Shown piece after piece: positions 62,924 through 64,000 of a stretch of 64,000 bases of DNA. The DNA is from Selaginella moellendorffii (Eukaryota; Plantae; Lycopodiophyta): NCBI RefSeq assembly GCF_000143415.4, contig NW_003314333.1, forward strand, positions 124,001-188,000, in the 5' to 3' direction. Both the position numbers and the translations under genes were made by a program. The notes under the pieces were generated by a model. The model saw nothing but the letters and a program-made list of their open reading frames with translations. It had not been told where the DNA came from and searched no databases. The first letter of the stretch is position 1; each line of letters opens with the position of its first letter.

Positions 62924-64000
62924 AAAGGTAAAGCACCTCAACCTACGGCACGAGTGGTGGAAGTCCAGTCCGACATTGAGAGCGAGGATGGGATCGAGGT
63001 CGAGGCATATGCAGTCACACATGCTTGAAAACAACAAGCCGTGGATGAGGATCGAGATTGGGAGAAAGAGAAGGCTACCGTCCGTCCGTAAGGTATCTTG
63101 TGAATTGAGGAATCTGCAGGAAAAGGTCGTATAGCGATTGTCCCCGAAGAAGTCGGACACGCTGATTACAATCAAAGATGAACCAATGACCAGTGGTTTA
63201 CAATTGGAGGAATCGCAACAGCAAGGCAATCCTCTGAATGAAGAACTGGGTGAAAGACTGGTGGAACTCATCATGGAGAGACCCGTCACGCTCAATGTTG
63301 GAGAATTGATCACAGTAGCACCCTACCTATGTGATCATCTGTACAACACACCAGGTCAGCAAGTTAGACGATTGGCGGAGTTGGAAGTTCACAAGGTTGA
63401 GGTTGAACCGGATTGGGACGAGGAGGTACCCAGCATCACCCTAAACATCAGGAGGAACGAGATCCGCAATGTTCCAATTGACGGCAGATCAGGTGTAAAC
63501 ATTATCACAGAAGAGGCATACCGACGATATGGGCTGGGACCAGCAAATCCAGCACCCTTTTTGGTCCGAATGGCAGATCAAAGTAAGGTACGTCCAACAG
63601 GGATTCTCCGAGGGGTACAACTGAAGGTTAGAGGTTTCCACTATTCAACCAACCTAATTGTGTTGAGGATGAATAGTATGAAACACCCATACCAAATACT
63701 CCTTGGACAACCTTGGTTACGTCAGGCACGAGTCCTACATGACTGGGAAGCGAATGCCTTAACCATTCAAAAGAATGATCAGCGGTTACTGATATCCTTG
63801 AATCCGAAAACACGACTACCAAAATCAAGTACCCCGCGCGACATTGAGGATTACAACTGGCAGTCCGGATTGAGCGACGAGGATGAGGATGCTTTGTTAA
63901 AATGTAATCCTGATCTTGTGCAGATTGCAGAAGTGGATCTGTACCAGACGACGGTGGATTCCACGGATGCCATGAAGAACTTGGGTCTCACAGAGAAGTT

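Larger units (their letters stand above)
44419..64000 (+). mobile_element. Gypsy element F: 5' LTR 44419-45419, Arg-tRNA PBS, gag with two CCHC knuckles, protease; hosts A3 and C; runs off the window
   Basis: TGTTA...TAACA, TATA near 44964, PBS TGGCGACCACGGTGGGA at 45422. gag PPTFHG...FPFTLKGDAAEWF; CSICKNEGHYANEC and CQICNQTGHGARSC at 55790-55880; PR IDGRSGVNII...LLGQPWL at 63470-63720. Confidence 0.88.

Overview
Eukaryotic, heterochromatin-like window from a land plant. A non-seed lineage (lycophyte, fern or bryophyte) is inferred from the Tcn1-like chromovirus tail, the TRIMs and the 50-55 bp introns. It is almost entirely nested, decayed transposons, with no intact host gene. Contents: three copies of a non-chromovirus Ty3/gypsy family ('A') with an extra RNase H placed between protease and RT; several other gypsy elements and solo LTRs with readable TSDs; two TRIM families; an L1 ORF1; a non-autonomous hAT; and tail-to-tail pseudogene fragments of MPP-alpha and a peroxisomal acyl-activating enzyme. 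The most notable signal is two diverged copies (about 26.5-29.4 kb and 39.0-44.4 kb) of a DNA-transposon-like element ('E'). Each carries an intron-containing gene for a beta-class DNA amino-methyltransferase-like (N6-adenine/N4-cytosine type) protein with a (D/N)LPDG catalytic-motif variant. All assignments were made by eye, with no database searches; family letters are my own labels.
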